Source of the DNA: an uncultured Acetobacter sp.
GTDB taxonomy: Bacteria > Pseudomonadota > Alphaproteobacteria > Acetobacterales > Acetobacteraceae
DNA length: 57,988 bases
Assembly: GCA_937875265.1 (NCBI GenBank)
Contig: CALLXM010000326.1
Span: 1-57,988, forward strand
Direction of reading: 5' to 3'
Part shown: positions 9,456 to 19,370 of the stretch, piece by piece
Position numbering within the stretch: the first letter of the stretch is position 1
Layout: each line of letters begins with the position of its first letter
The notes under the pieces: model-generated
What the model was told of the DNA's origin: nothing
Database searches by the model: none
Seen by the model: only the letters and a program-made list of their open reading frames with translations
Made by a program: the position numbers and the translations under genes

Positions 9456-9581
9456 GTGAAGTTTCCCAGATTTGTAAGGACGTTTTTATTCTAGGACGTG
9501 TGGTTGGTTAATCCCAATGATAGCGGAGACGATTGGGGCCGCCGCTATAAAGATTGATTTCACTTTATTATATTTTTACCG

Positions 9582-11267
9582 TCAGTTTTTAAAAGGATCT
9601 GACTTTCCGGTTTCTGTGCCAGCAATTGGACGCGAAGGGGCTGCGGTCATCAGGTTCTCATAATATGCCGGGTTAGGGGGGACATCAATGCCGCCAGTCG
9701 GAGTGGGGTGATGCAATCCTTCATATTGAAAGCCCGTGAACGTCATGGTCTGGTCTGGTGAAGGGAGGAGTTGGTCATTCCAGCCACCGCCCAAAGCTCG
9801 CACCATGCCGACTGTGGCCTGAAGTGCACGGGCTTGTACCTGCGCCTGCTCAATACGGGCATCAAGCGTGTTGACCTGTGCGATTAACGCATCCAGATAA
9901 CCGTCAGCGCCGCCTTTATAAAGCGTCATGGTCAATGTCTGTGATTGCATGGCGGCGTCAACGGCCTGTTTCAGGCGACTGTTTTCTGCACGCAGGCGTG
10001 CTGTCATCGACAGGCCGTTTTCAACATCCTTGAAGGCAGACAAAACTGCCATGCGATAATGGTCGCGGGTTTCGCGATAATTTGACCATGTGCGTTGAAG
10101 CTGGGCTCTGCGCAGTCCGCCTTCAAACAGAGGCATGGTGACGGAGGCGCCGTAAGACCACATGCTGTTTGCCAGATTGGCCAGATCAAACCCGTTGGCG
10201 TCAAAGCCACCATTCGCGTTGAAAGATACATGCGGGTAGAATGCTGCCCGCGCAATGCCAATGGCCCGGTTGGCCTGTGCCATTTCGCGCTCGGCTACGG
10301 CAATATCCGGACGCCGTTGCAATAGTTCGGACGGCATGCCCAGCGGAAAAACAGGCTCGGCAGCATCCTGATGAGCGATTTCAGGAATATGAAAAGATGA
10401 GGGCGATGCATTGACTAGAACAGCCAGAGCATGTTCCAGCACTTCCCGCTGTGCCTGTACATCCAGCTGGCGTGCCTGGGTCATATAAAGCTGGTTTTTT
10501 GCACGCGCTACATCAATGCCGGTTGCATCCTGATTATCAAGCCGTGTCTGGGTGACACGGAGCGCCTGCTGGTAATAGCTGATAGATTGCTCATAGATGG
10601 CGTTCTGTGCATCAAGTCCTCGGAGGGCAAAAAAATCGGTTGCCAGTTCGGCCTGAAGACTAAGCCGGGCAGACGCATATTGTGCGGCCTGTGCCTGTGC
10701 ATAATATTTTTGCGCCCGTACACGATTGCGAACAGAAGACCATATGTCAGGTTCCCAACTAGCCATGCCCCCATAAAATTCATCAGTCGCAGTAATCGGT
10801 CCTTTGTAGCGGAATAGCCGATCTGAAGAGCTTTTGTTGTTGCTTGACCCAAATGCCAGAGCAAAGTGCGGCAGCAAGTCAGACCGTGCTTCCATTACAA
10901 TGGATCGTGCCTGAATAAAGCGCTCAGCTGCGGCTTGCAGATCGGCATTGCCTTCCATGGCCTTTGCTTCAAGAGTACTCAGTGTTGGGTCGTTAAACAG
11001 TGTCCACCAATCAGATCGTATGACAGTATCCTGTGGCTGTGCCTCACGGAACAAACCTTCCCCGTGCCATGATGCAGGAACAATGAAGTGGGGAGCCTGA
11101 TAGGCTGGGGCTAAATCACACGCGCTAAGCACAATGAGCGTGGCAAGTGCCGCACCTTTAAAAATATGATTCTGATAAAAGGTTTTTCCGAGAAGAGACT
11201 TGTTTACGGAAGTCACAAGCATATTTTTTCGGGGGGATGTCTGGGGGCGTGTAAGGAGAATGCTCAT
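9582..11267 (-). CDS. RND efflux outer-membrane lipoprotein (NodT/OprM family)
   Basis: Lipobox LSAC, WWTLFNDPTL, WEPDIW, PSELLQRRPDI, ALGGGW. ATGA overlap with the adaptor gene; the start could be further downstream. Confidence 0.92.
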   Translation of the reverse strand: MSILLTRPQTSPRKNMLVTSVNKSLLGKTFYQNHIFKGAALATLIVLSACDLAPAYQAPHFIVPASWHGEGLFREAQPQDTVIRSDWWTLFNDPTLSTLEAKAMEGNADLQAAAERFIQARSIVMEARSDLLPHFALAFGSSNNKSSSDRLFRYKGPITATDEFYGGMASWEPDIWSSVRNRVRAQKYYAQAQAAQYASARLSLQAELATDFFALRGLDAQNAIYEQSISYYQQALRVTQTRLDNQDATGIDVARAKNQLYMTQARQLDVQAQREVLEHALAVLVNASPSSFHIPEIAHQDAAEPVFPLGMPSELLQRRPDIAVAEREMAQANRAIGIARAAFYPHVSFNANGGFDANGFDLANLANSMWSYGASVTMPLFEGGLRRAQLQRTWSNYRETRDHYRMAVLSAFKDVENGLSMTARLRAENSRLKQAVDAAMQSQTLTMTLYKGGADGYLDALIAQVNTLDARIEQAQVQARALQATVGMVRALGGGWNDQLLPSPDQTMTFTGFQYEGLHHPTPTGGIDVPPNPAYYENLMTAAPSRPIAGTETGKSDPFKN

Positions 11268-12460
11268 TCGTCATCCTCCTCATCATTATTGCTGGCCGAA
11301 GTCAGGTATCCTTTTTCTGGCACACTCAGGCGTACGGTCTGCCCTTCGAGGAGGTCTGCCGGAGGGTTATTAATAATCTGGTCGGTCGGGGTTAGCCCCG
11401 CATCCACTTCCGTATATGCATCTGACATGCGGCCTACGGTTATGTTTTTGTAGTGTGCCTTGTTTTGGGTATCGACAGTTACGACCTGCATACCTTTTTC
11501 CTGAAATACCAATGCGCCAGTTGGAATTGTATAAACCCCACCTTCTGCCGGCGCAGAAAGGGAAACGGTGGCAAATGTTCCTGGCCACAATTTCTGGTCC
11601 GCATTATCAATCGTAAATTCTGTAATGGCCGTGCGCGTATTGGGGTCATAGCCCTTAGCAATGGTCAGAAAATTAGCTGTAAAAACCTGATTGGGATATT
11701 GCGGAACCGTTACGCGGGCTTTCAGTCCTGGTTTCAGAACATAGGACAACACCTCGGGCACGGAGACAAATAGACGCATCTCATGGGTGTCTGCTACGGT
11801 AAACAGTTCACCAGCAGTTCCATTGGCGTTCAGATTGCCACCGCCTGCGCCAACATAATCTCCTACACTGATATTTCGGGCCGTTACAACGCCGTCAAAT
11901 GGAGCAACAATGGTTTTGAAGCGTTCCAGAGCATCATAATGGTCCACATTGTGCTGTGCTGCCTCCAAAGCTGCACGGGCAGACTGTTCATTCGCGTTTT
12001 GAACAGACACGGACTGCCCTGATACAGCCTGTGATTTTCCCATCGAACGCCAGCGATCAGCCGTAATAGTGGCAAGTCCGTATTTGGCCTGTGTCACCTG
12101 AAGGTCAGCCTTGGTCTGTGCATATTGCGCATCCAGCCCCGGGGCGTTGATTTCTGCAAGGGTATCCCCCTTTTTTACAAGAGCACCATAATCCTTGTTC
12201 CACATTTTCACATAACCGGAGACCTGCGCATAAATGGGCGCTTCATACCAGGCGTTGATATTTCCAGGCAGGGTCATGGCAAGTGTAGACGGCGCTGGCT
12301 TGGGCTGTACGACTGCAACGTCGGGGATACTGGCGTGGATTGCGTCAGCCTGTAGCGTCACCTGATTACGGAGATGCTGTAATTCCAGATACACCACATA
12401 TCCCACAAGCACACACAGCAGGGAGCCGACAAACAGACGGTTTTTTGTAATTGTGGACAT
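11264..12460 (-). CDS. RND efflux periplasmic adaptor (MFP)
   Basis: N-terminal TM anchor, lipoyl-like IYAQVSGYV..VKKGD, IVAPFDGVV, LWPGTF. Confidence 0.93.
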   Translation of the reverse strand: MSTITKNRLFVGSLLCVLVGYVVYLELQHLRNQVTLQADAIHASIPDVAVVQPKPAPSTLAMTLPGNINAWYEAPIYAQVSGYVKMWNKDYGALVKKGDTLAEINAPGLDAQYAQTKADLQVTQAKYGLATITADRWRSMGKSQAVSGQSVSVQNANEQSARAALEAAQHNVDHYDALERFKTIVAPFDGVVTARNISVGDYVGAGGGNLNANGTAGELFTVADTHEMRLFVSVPEVLSYVLKPGLKARVTVPQYPNQVFTANFLTIAKGYDPNTRTAITEFTIDNADQKLWPGTFATVSLSAPAEGGVYTIPTGALVFQEKGMQVVTVDTQNKAHYKNITVGRMSDAYTEVDAGLTPTDQIINNPPADLLEGQTVRLSVPEKGYLTSASNNDEEDDE

Positions 12461-15400
12461 CAGACGGCCTCCTGCCCATTGTCATGGTCCGTTTCAGACG
12501 GACTGCGGTTTTTTGTATGAGAGGTATTGTGAAAAATTGTGTATACACACGGTACAAACAGCAGTGTTGAAATGGTCGCCACAATAAGGCCGCCGATAAC
12601 TGCCTTACCTAATGGTGCATTTTGCGAATTACTGGTCGCCATGGGCACCATGCCAATCACCATGGCAGAGGCTGTCATGATAACTGGTCGAATACGTCCA
12701 AACCCGGCTTCTACTGCTGCAACAAGAGCATTGCCGTGCAGGGTGAAACGTTCCTTCGCAAAAGAGACGACCAAAATAGAATTTGCCGTAGCCGTTCCCA
12801 TGCACATGATGGCGCCCGTCAACGCCGGAACGGAAAGACGTGTGTGGGTTAGGAATAGGCTCCAGGCAATTCCGGCAAGTGCTCCTGGCAGCGCGGAAAT
12901 AATAATGAAAGGATCAACCCATGACTGGAAGTTTATAACAATCAGCATGTAGATCAGCATAATAGAGATAATCAGACCGGAAATGAGCTCTACATACGCC
13001 CCATGCATAGTGACTGCCTGCCCACGAATATCGACTGCAGCAGTTTGTGGGAGGTCTTTTTGCGTGTTGGCAACGACTTGTTTGACTTTTGCCAGCACAG
13101 ATCCCAAATCAGTACCTTCAGTTGAAACATACACATCAATTTCCGGCATGGAATTGTAGTGGGATACCTGTCCTGGTGTCCCTGTCGGCGTCACGGTGCT
13201 GATGCTGCCCAGAAGCTGCATATCTGTGCCTTTAGGGTCATTATCGCCTTTATCAACAGGGATGGTCAGCAAATCATTATAATGAGTCAGCTGATCTTGT
13301 GACACGTAGACGTTCAGTGGAAACGTGATGCCTGTTTTTGGGTCAAGCCAATATTGCGGGTCCACCGTCTGACTTCCAGAAAGAGTCATAAGCTCGTTAT
13401 TGGCAATATCCGCTTCCGTCATGCCTGTAGCCTGACCGAATGTACGATTGCCTTGCACAAACAGGGTCGGTGTTTTCATGGTTTGCTGGATCACCACATC
13501 TGCCGTGCCGGGAATGGCGCGCAGCTTGTTCACCAAGAGGCGGGCATACTGGTAATTGTCACGAATATCCGGACCGGACACCTGAATATCAATGGGTGCT
13601 GGTGACCCAAAGTTGAGTATTTTTTCTGTCAGATCAGCTGGCTGAAAGGTAAAGACGCTTCCGGGGAATTTGGCAGACAGATCGTGACGTAGCAGTTTAC
13701 GATAAGTCCAAACTGGAGATTCCTCATCCGTGAGCGAAATTGTCAGGTCACAATCCTGCGTGCCTATAGAGGGGGTTGGGATGAAAGCCTGATTATGTGG
13801 CCCTTCGGGCAAACCACAATTATTGATGATACCGGAGACTTTTCCAGGAAGAAGCTGCTGGATTCTATCATCAACCAGAGAGACGATGCGTCCTGTTGTT
13901 TCAATACGCATTCCCAACGGCGTACGCATGTGCATCTGCATTGTGCCCGATTTCACTTCCGGGAAAAAATCCTGGCCGGATATCAGGAACAATCCTAGTG
14001 AAAGGACAGATAGCCCCAGAAAACCCATGGCAAAAAGACCGCGTCGCGCAATGATACGTTCTAGCAGTCGACCATAACTGGCCCGAAAATTATGAAATGC
14101 GTGTTCAAACCGGTTCTGGAAACGCCCGAGAAAACCTTTGGGCAGAGCAAGGTGCTCATCACTGTGCAGTCCCGGATGAACCTGCCCGGCCAGAAGATAT
14201 TTGGCCATTGTCGGCACTAATGTGCGTGACAGAATGAAAGATGCCAGCATGGCATAGACAATGGCTTCTGCCATGGGCATGAACAGCCAGCCTGCAACGC
14301 CGCTTAACCGAAAAAGCGGTGTCCACACTATGCAGATACACAATGTTGATACCAGAGTAGGCACCACAATCTGGTTGGCGGCGTCAATAATTGCTGGTTC
14401 CAGCTCCTTACCTTCTTCAAGGTGGGTATCAATATTTTCAATCATGACGGTGGCGTCATCCACCAGAATGCCGACAGCCAGAGCCAAGCCGCCAAGTGTC
14501 ATGACATTGATGGTCTGTCCTGATAGCAGAAGACAGATAATAGCCGTGAGAATGGCCAGAGGAATGGATGTGGCGATAATAAGGGTGGAGCGCCATGAAC
14601 CCAGAAATAGCAGAACGACCAGCCCGGTCAGAATGGCGGCGGTCACCATTTCACGTACGACGTCCTTAATGGCATTTTTTACAAAAACTGATGCATCACT
14701 CAGGAGAGAAATATGTACGTCAGGCGGAACAAGTTTCTGGAGGCGGGGGAGAAGCTCCTTGGTACGTGCCACCACATCCAGTGTTGAGGCGTTACCACTT
14801 TTCATCACGACAACTTCCACTCCCTGGCGGCCCTGAACCAGCACAAGGTTAGTCTGTGGGTGGCCGCCACGGTACACCTGCGCTACGTCGTGCACGTAGA
14901 TAACGGCATTCCCAACACGTTTGACCGGAATGTCGCCCAGTTCCTTCATGGAGCGAGGGGTGGCGTTAGTCTGAACCATCCAGTCTGTTGTTGCTATTTT
15001 CTGATCGCCAGCCGGAAGCACAATGTTCTGTTTGCGTAGGGCATTCTGCACATCCATTGCCGAGAGATGGTGTGCCTGTAATTGCTTCTGGTTCAAGGCA
15101 ACCATGATAAAGCTGTCCATGCCACCATAAGGATGAGGCAGAACCGCGCCCGGAACTGTTACCAGAATGGGTCGAATACGCGTCATAGCGATTTTATACA
15201 GATCAGAGGGCGTCTGTTTTTCAGACGTGATCTGAAGGGCCAGAACCGGAACGGATGATGCTTCCAGCCGCATGACCATGGGAGCAGGGATGTTGTCGGG
15301 TAACTGTTTGATAACAGTTTGAGAAATTGCTGTGACTTCAGCCTCAGCTTCCCCAATATCCGTGCCAGGTTGAAAATAGATGTTAACAATGCTCCTGCCG

Positions 15401-15663
15401 TAATAGGAGCTGCTTTCCATATGTTCGATACCCTCAACCGTGGAAGTTACGGCCAGTTCGTAATTATAGGTAATGCGGCCAGCAAATTCCTCAGGCAGCA
15501 TGCCGCCGTATGTCCATACCACAGAAACAACGGGAATTCGGATATTTGGAAACACATCGGTCGGGGCATTGAAAAGGGACAGCACACCAAAAGCGATAAT
15601 AAGAAGCGACAGGACAATAAATGTGTAAGGTCGCTTCAGTGCCGTCACAACGATGGCATTCAT
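12460..15663 (-). CDS. RND efflux permease (AcrB/AcrD/AcrF family)
   Basis: 1067 aa, DVFPNI, GILVDDATVMIEN, RIRPVIMTA, APLGKAVIGGL. TGATG overlap with the adaptor gene. Confidence 0.95.
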   Translation of the reverse strand: MNAIVVTALKRPYTFIVLSLLIIAFGVLSLFNAPTDVFPNIRIPVVSVVWTYGGMLPEEFAGRITYNYELAVTSTVEGIEHMESSSYYGRSIVNIYFQPGTDIGEAEAEVTAISQTVIKQLPDNIPAPMVMRLEASSVPVLALQITSEKQTPSDLYKIAMTRIRPILVTVPGAVLPHPYGGMDSFIMVALNQKQLQAHHLSAMDVQNALRKQNIVLPAGDQKIATTDWMVQTNATPRSMKELGDIPVKRVGNAVIYVHDVAQVYRGGHPQTNLVLVQGRQGVEVVVMKSGNASTLDVVARTKELLPRLQKLVPPDVHISLLSDASVFVKNAIKDVVREMVTAAILTGLVVLLFLGSWRSTLIIATSIPLAILTAIICLLLSGQTINVMTLGGLALAVGILVDDATVMIENIDTHLEEGKELEPAIIDAANQIVVPTLVSTLCICIVWTPLFRLSGVAGWLFMPMAEAIVYAMLASFILSRTLVPTMAKYLLAGQVHPGLHSDEHLALPKGFLGRFQNRFEHAFHNFRASYGRLLERIIARRGLFAMGFLGLSVLSLGLFLISGQDFFPEVKSGTMQMHMRTPLGMRIETTGRIVSLVDDRIQQLLPGKVSGIINNCGLPEGPHNQAFIPTPSIGTQDCDLTISLTDEESPVWTYRKLLRHDLSAKFPGSVFTFQPADLTEKILNFGSPAPIDIQVSGPDIRDNYQYARLLVNKLRAIPGTADVVIQQTMKTPTLFVQGNRTFGQATGMTEADIANNELMTLSGSQTVDPQYWLDPKTGITFPLNVYVSQDQLTHYNDLLTIPVDKGDNDPKGTDMQLLGSISTVTPTGTPGQVSHYNSMPEIDVYVSTEGTDLGSVLAKVKQVVANTQKDLPQTAAVDIRGQAVTMHGAYVELISGLIISIMLIYMLIVINFQSWVDPFIIISALPGALAGIAWSLFLTHTRLSVPALTGAIMCMGTATANSILVVSFAKERFTLHGNALVAAVEAGFGRIRPVIMTASAMVIGMVPMATSNSQNAPLGKAVIGGLIVATISTLLFVPCVYTIFHNTSHTKNRSPSETDHDNGQEAV

Positions 15664-15800
15664 GCGTTTCCTTCCTTGCTCGAGTCAGTGGAATTCAGTG
15701 CACGATAGAATTGGAGTTATTTATAAATCTTTTAAAAAAAATATTATTGAGATATATAATTTTTTAATAAATTAAAGTTCAATGATCATTTTAAAATTTC

Positions 15801-15849
15801 ATCTATGAAATCAAAAGATAGCGTCATGCGTAATATATTATCTAATCAT
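15801..15849 (+). promoter_or_regulatory. Putative LysR-regulated promoter element, copy 1
   Basis: 36/49 ungapped identity to 18708-18756. Contains T-N11-A and ends in ATCTAATCAT. Confidence 0.6.
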
Positions 15850-15907
15850 TGAAGCCGGGCGGATCATAAACTCTCCAAAAAACGACTTACATGGAGAGTG
15901 GGCTGCT

Positions 15908-16100
15908 ATGACGCAGATATATTCGGGAAAAGTCGTATTTGTTACGGGGGCCGGAGCAGGAATAGGGCTGGCCGTGGCAAAACGTTCGCTTACGCAGGAG
16001 CATCTGTGATGCTGGCGGATGTTAATCCTGATGCCGTTCGGGCAGAGGCTGCAAGTCTGACTTCTGAAGGATTGATTGCCCACGCCGTCACTGTGATGTC
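15908..16100 (+). pseudogene. N-terminal fragment of an SDR oxidoreductase, frameshifted
   Basis: MTQIYSGKVVFVTGAGAGIGLAVAK, a frameshift near 15985, then FAYAGASVMLADVNPDAVRAEAASL..GLIAHAV. The rest of the SDR is absent. Confidence 0.8.
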
Positions 16101-16335
16101 TGGGAACGTCCCGGCCTTACTCCACGGGAACGCTGCATCGCCATGGTCAGCAGTCTGATATCGCTCTACCGTACCAAACGAACTGGAGTTTCGTATTCTT
16201 AAAGCGCTCACTACCGGTATCAGTGAAGCAGAAATCATCGAAATTATTATGCGTCTTGCCTTCTATTCAGGGTGGCCGACAGCTTCGACGGCGCTGACTA
16301 TTGCGCGTGGTGTTTTTGACCAACAGAAAGACTAA
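16095..16335 (+). pseudogene. C-terminal fragment of a carboxymuconolactone decarboxylase (CMD/AhpD-like) family gene, frameshifted
   Basis: DVWERPGLTPRERCIAMVSSLISLYRT, a frameshift near 16175, then NELEFRILKALTTGISEAEIIEIIMRLAFYSGWPTASTAL...KD*. No start codon or N-terminus. Confidence 0.8.
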
Positions 16336-16339
16336 GGTT

Positions 16340-17080
16340 ATGGAACAGAATATTCAGGGTAAGGTTGTGGTTGTTACAGGTGCCAGCAGTGGTCTTGGTG
16401 AGGCAGCTGTGCGTCGCCTGGCTGCGGAAGGAGCTAAAATCGTTATCGGAGCACGCCGTCTGGATAAACTGGAGGCTCTGGCCAGTGCGTTGTCTCTTGG
16501 AAGAGAGGTGGCGGTCAAAACGGATGTCACCCAGTTTGATCAGCTTCAGGCGCTGGTAGATCATGCGGTGAAGCTACACGGTCGGATTGATGTGATGATC
16601 AACAATGCTGGTGTGATGCCGCAGGCTCCACTGGAAAAAATCCAGGTTGAAGACTGGAACAGGACCATCGACGTCAACCTCAAGGGCACACTCTACGGAA
16701 TTGCGGCGGCTTTACCATACATGAAGGCGCAGAAGAGTGGTCAGATTATCAATGTCTCATCAGTTGCTGGTCATAAAGTCGGGCCGGGAAGCGCTGTTTA
16801 CTCTGCAACCAAGACAGCCGTTCGGGTCATTTCCGAAGGGCTGCGTCAGGAGGTCAAACCCTACAACATTCGCACGACGGTTATTTCTCCCGGCGCGGTC
16901 CAGACAGAACTGCCAGAGAGTGTAACCGATGTTGATACAGCAAAAGCTATCAGGAATTTCTATGTAAAATATGCAATCTCAGCAGACTCTTTTGCTCGGG
17001 CTGTGGTCTTTGCTATGAGTCAGCCTGAAGATGTCGATATTAACGAAATCCTGTTCCGTCCGACACGGCAAGAATACTAA
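16340..17080 (+). CDS. SDR family oxidoreductase (YdfG-like)
   Basis: [12 protein letters not shown], catalytic [22 protein letters not shown] 16340 after AAGG. Confidence 0.93.
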   Translation: MEQNIQGKVVVVTGASSGLGEAAVRRLAAEGAKIVIGARRLDKLEALASALSLGREVAVKTDVTQFDQLQALVDHAVKLHGRIDVMINNAGVMPQAPLEKIQVEDWNRTIDVNLKGTLYGIAAALPYMKAQKSGQIINVSSVAGHKVGPGSAVYSATKTAVRVISEGLRQEVKPYNIRTTVISPGAVQTELPESVTDVDTAKAIRNFYVKYAISADSFARAVVFAMSQPEDVDINEILFRPTRQEY

Positions 17081-17084
17081 TAGT

Positions 17085-17804
17085 ATGCATCCTTATATTA
17101 TATGTCACATGATCAGTTCAATTGATGGGCGTATTGTGACCGACCGCTGGACCGTTCCCGTCGATGGTTTGGATCGTGATACGCTGATTAACCAGTATTT
17201 CGACATTGAGAAGCTATATGATGCAGATGGCTGGATTATAGGGCGTTCAACAGCCTCAGAGCATTTCGTGAAGGCTGCAGAACCTTGGATGGGCTCCACC
17301 AACAGGTTCCCGCGAGAACCTTATGTGGCTCACCCCCTCACAGCACGCTTGGCAATATTGATGGATCCACAAGGAAAATTGCAATATGAGCGCTCGGATA
17401 TCGAAGGGGACGCGATAGTTACTGTTCTTGCAGAAAATGTTGCTGATGATTATCTGCAAATGCTGCGTGATAATGGTGTGTCTTATTGCTTTGCCGGACC
17501 GGGTGGTCATGACATCCAAAAAGCTGTTGCGATTTTAGGGAGTGCATTTGGACGTCGTAAACTTCTGCTTGAAGGGGGAGGCTTGATCAATGGTGCCTTC
17601 CTGCAAGCCGGCGTTATTAACGAGATTAGTTTAATGGTTTATCCTGGGATTGATGGCGTATCAGGGATTGCCAGTATGTTTGATTGGGTTTGTGAAAAAA
17701 ATGATGAACCTGCATGTGGGCAGGCTTTAAGTCTCCTGCATGTTGAAAAGCGTGATAACGGTGTTTTATGGATAAAATACAAAGTGGAAAAAATCTCTTC
17801 GTAA
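17085..17804 (+). CDS. RibD C-terminal/dihydrofolate reductase-like protein
   Basis: PYIICHMISSIDGRI, LLLEGGGLINGAFL, EISLMVYPGIDG. Confidence 0.88.
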   Translation: MHPYIICHMISSIDGRIVTDRWTVPVDGLDRDTLINQYFDIEKLYDADGWIIGRSTASEHFVKAAEPWMGSTNRFPREPYVAHPLTARLAILMDPQGKLQYERSDIEGDAIVTVLAENVADDYLQMLRDNGVSYCFAGPGGHDIQKAVAILGSAFGRRKLLLEGGGLINGAFLQAGVINEISLMVYPGIDGVSGIASMFDWVCEKNDEPACGQALSLLHVEKRDNGVLWIKYKVEKISS

Positions 17805-17815
17805 AATAATAGTTT

Positions 17816-18709
17816 CTAATTTTTGTAACGTAATGCCTCCACAACCAAACGGAAGGCAGCAGAAGACTGGCGTCGGCTCGGATAATAAAGGTGATAACCG
17901 GGAAAGGGCGGGCACCAGTCTTCCAGAACACGGACCAGACGACCATCTTCCAGATATGATGCAATCTGGTCTTCCATGACGCACGCCAAACCGAAGCCAT
18001 CCAGTGCTGCCTGACGGATCATAGGCACATTGTTGAATGTCAGTTGTCCCTCGACGCGTACTCGTAGAGCCCGGTGTCCTTTTTCCAGCTCCCATGCATA
18101 AACACCGCCTGAAGTGGGAAGACGCAGGTTAATACAGGCATGTTGGGACAAATCCTGCGGCTTGCGTGGAGCGGGATGAGTGGAAAAATAGGACGGTGCC
18201 CCAACAACCGCCATACGAAGTGGAGGTCCAATGGGGACGACAATCATGTCCCGGGCGATGGTTTCTTCCAGTCTTACTCCAGCATCAAAACGTTCAGCTA
18301 CGATATCCGTCAAGCTGGCATCTACCGCCAGTTCAACATGTAGGTCGGGATAAGTGGAAAGCAGTTTACGTAAAGCAGGCCATAGAATAGTTTGAGCCGC
18401 ATGTTCTGATGTGGTGATACGTACAGTCCCTGATGGTTTCTCGGAAAGTTCGCTAAGTGCGGCGATTTCACTGCTGATCGTATCAAGTGCCGGAACAAGT
18501 GTTGTTAACAGGCGTTCGCCCGCCGCCGTAGGTGCAACCCGACGGGTTGTGCGCATGAGCAGCCTTACGTTCAGGCGAGCTTCCAGCCGACGGATGGTAT
18601 GACTTAACGTGGACTGGGACGTGCCGAGTTTGGCTGCGGCACGCGTGAAACTCTGTTCTTCCGCGACGACCATAAAGGCATTGAGATCGACCAGTTCCTC
18701 ACGACGCAT
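17816..18709 (-). CDS. LysR-type transcriptional regulator (CrgA-like)
   Basis: SFTRAAAKLGTSQSTLSHTIRRLE, FDAGVRL, GYHLYYPSRR. Confidence 0.95.
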   Translation of the reverse strand: MRREELVDLNAFMVVAEEQSFTRAAAKLGTSQSTLSHTIRRLEARLNVRLLMRTTRRVAPTAAGERLLTTLVPALDTISSEIAALSELSEKPSGTVRITTSEHAAQTILWPALRKLLSTYPDLHVELAVDASLTDIVAERFDAGVRLEETIARDMIVVPIGPPLRMAVVGAPSYFSTHPAPRKPQDLSQHACINLRLPTSGGVYAWELEKGHRALRVRVEGQLTFNNVPMIRQAALDGFGLACVMEDQIASYLEDGRLVRVLEDWCPPFPGYHLYYPSRRQSSAAFRLVVEALRYKN

Positions 18710-18756
18710 TCATGAACTCCAAATATAAGATCAAGCTTATTATAGCATCTAATCAT
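18708..18756 (+). promoter_or_regulatory. Putative LysR-regulated promoter element, copy 2 (overlaps the LysR start codon)
   Basis: 36/49 identity to 15801-15849; classic divergent position between a LysR gene and its target. Confidence 0.6.
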
Positions 18757-18837
18757 GGAAATGACCTCATGCTTTGATGCCCGCTGGACCTGCCGGACAA
18801 CATTTTATCCGTCAGGGAGTTTTATAGGAGAAGAGGT

Positions 18838-19228
18838 ATGGATATTCGCCGCCCTGGTTTCAAGCCATCTGTCAAAGGTCCATCTGAATGGTTCACCGGC
18901 GCTGTCCGGGTCGATGCCCCATTTGCTGGCAGTGGCGCGCTCGCTTGCGCAACCGTCACGTTTGAGCCCGGCGCGCGCACGGCATGGCATACGCATCCCC
19001 TTGGGCAGACCCTTCTGATTACTGACGGCTTTGGGTGGGTTCAGAGAGAAGGGGCCCCAATTGAAAACGTGCGCCCGGGTGATATTGTTTGGTTCGAGCC
19101 TGATGAGAAGCACTGGCATGGTGCGTCCCCTGAGTGTGCGATGACGCATATCGCCATCACGGAAGCAAAGGATGGGTAAGTCTTCGGACTGGATGGAACA
19201 TGTCAGCGACGAACAGTATCGCCGCTGA
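18838..19228 (+). pseudogene. Cupin-domain protein with a +1 frameshift near the 3' end
   Basis: [43 protein letters not shown] gives a stop at 19179; removing one G restores [18 protein letters not shown] (stop 19228). Confidence 0.75.
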
Positions 19229-19370
19229 TAATGTCCTTACAGAGAGAGTACCATATCACCTTAGGTTTTTAACTTTTCTACAGAAAATACCTATCGACAC
19301 AATTAAAGCTTTACTCATTATAGTGCTGTAAATTGTTGTAGCCATCATCAAAACTAACTGACTCTACGCT

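Noticed and set aside
14261-14836. 191-aa antisense ORF and many similar 60-190-aa ORFs in the track
   Set aside because: Shadow ORFs opposite or within well-supported genes, with no family motifs.
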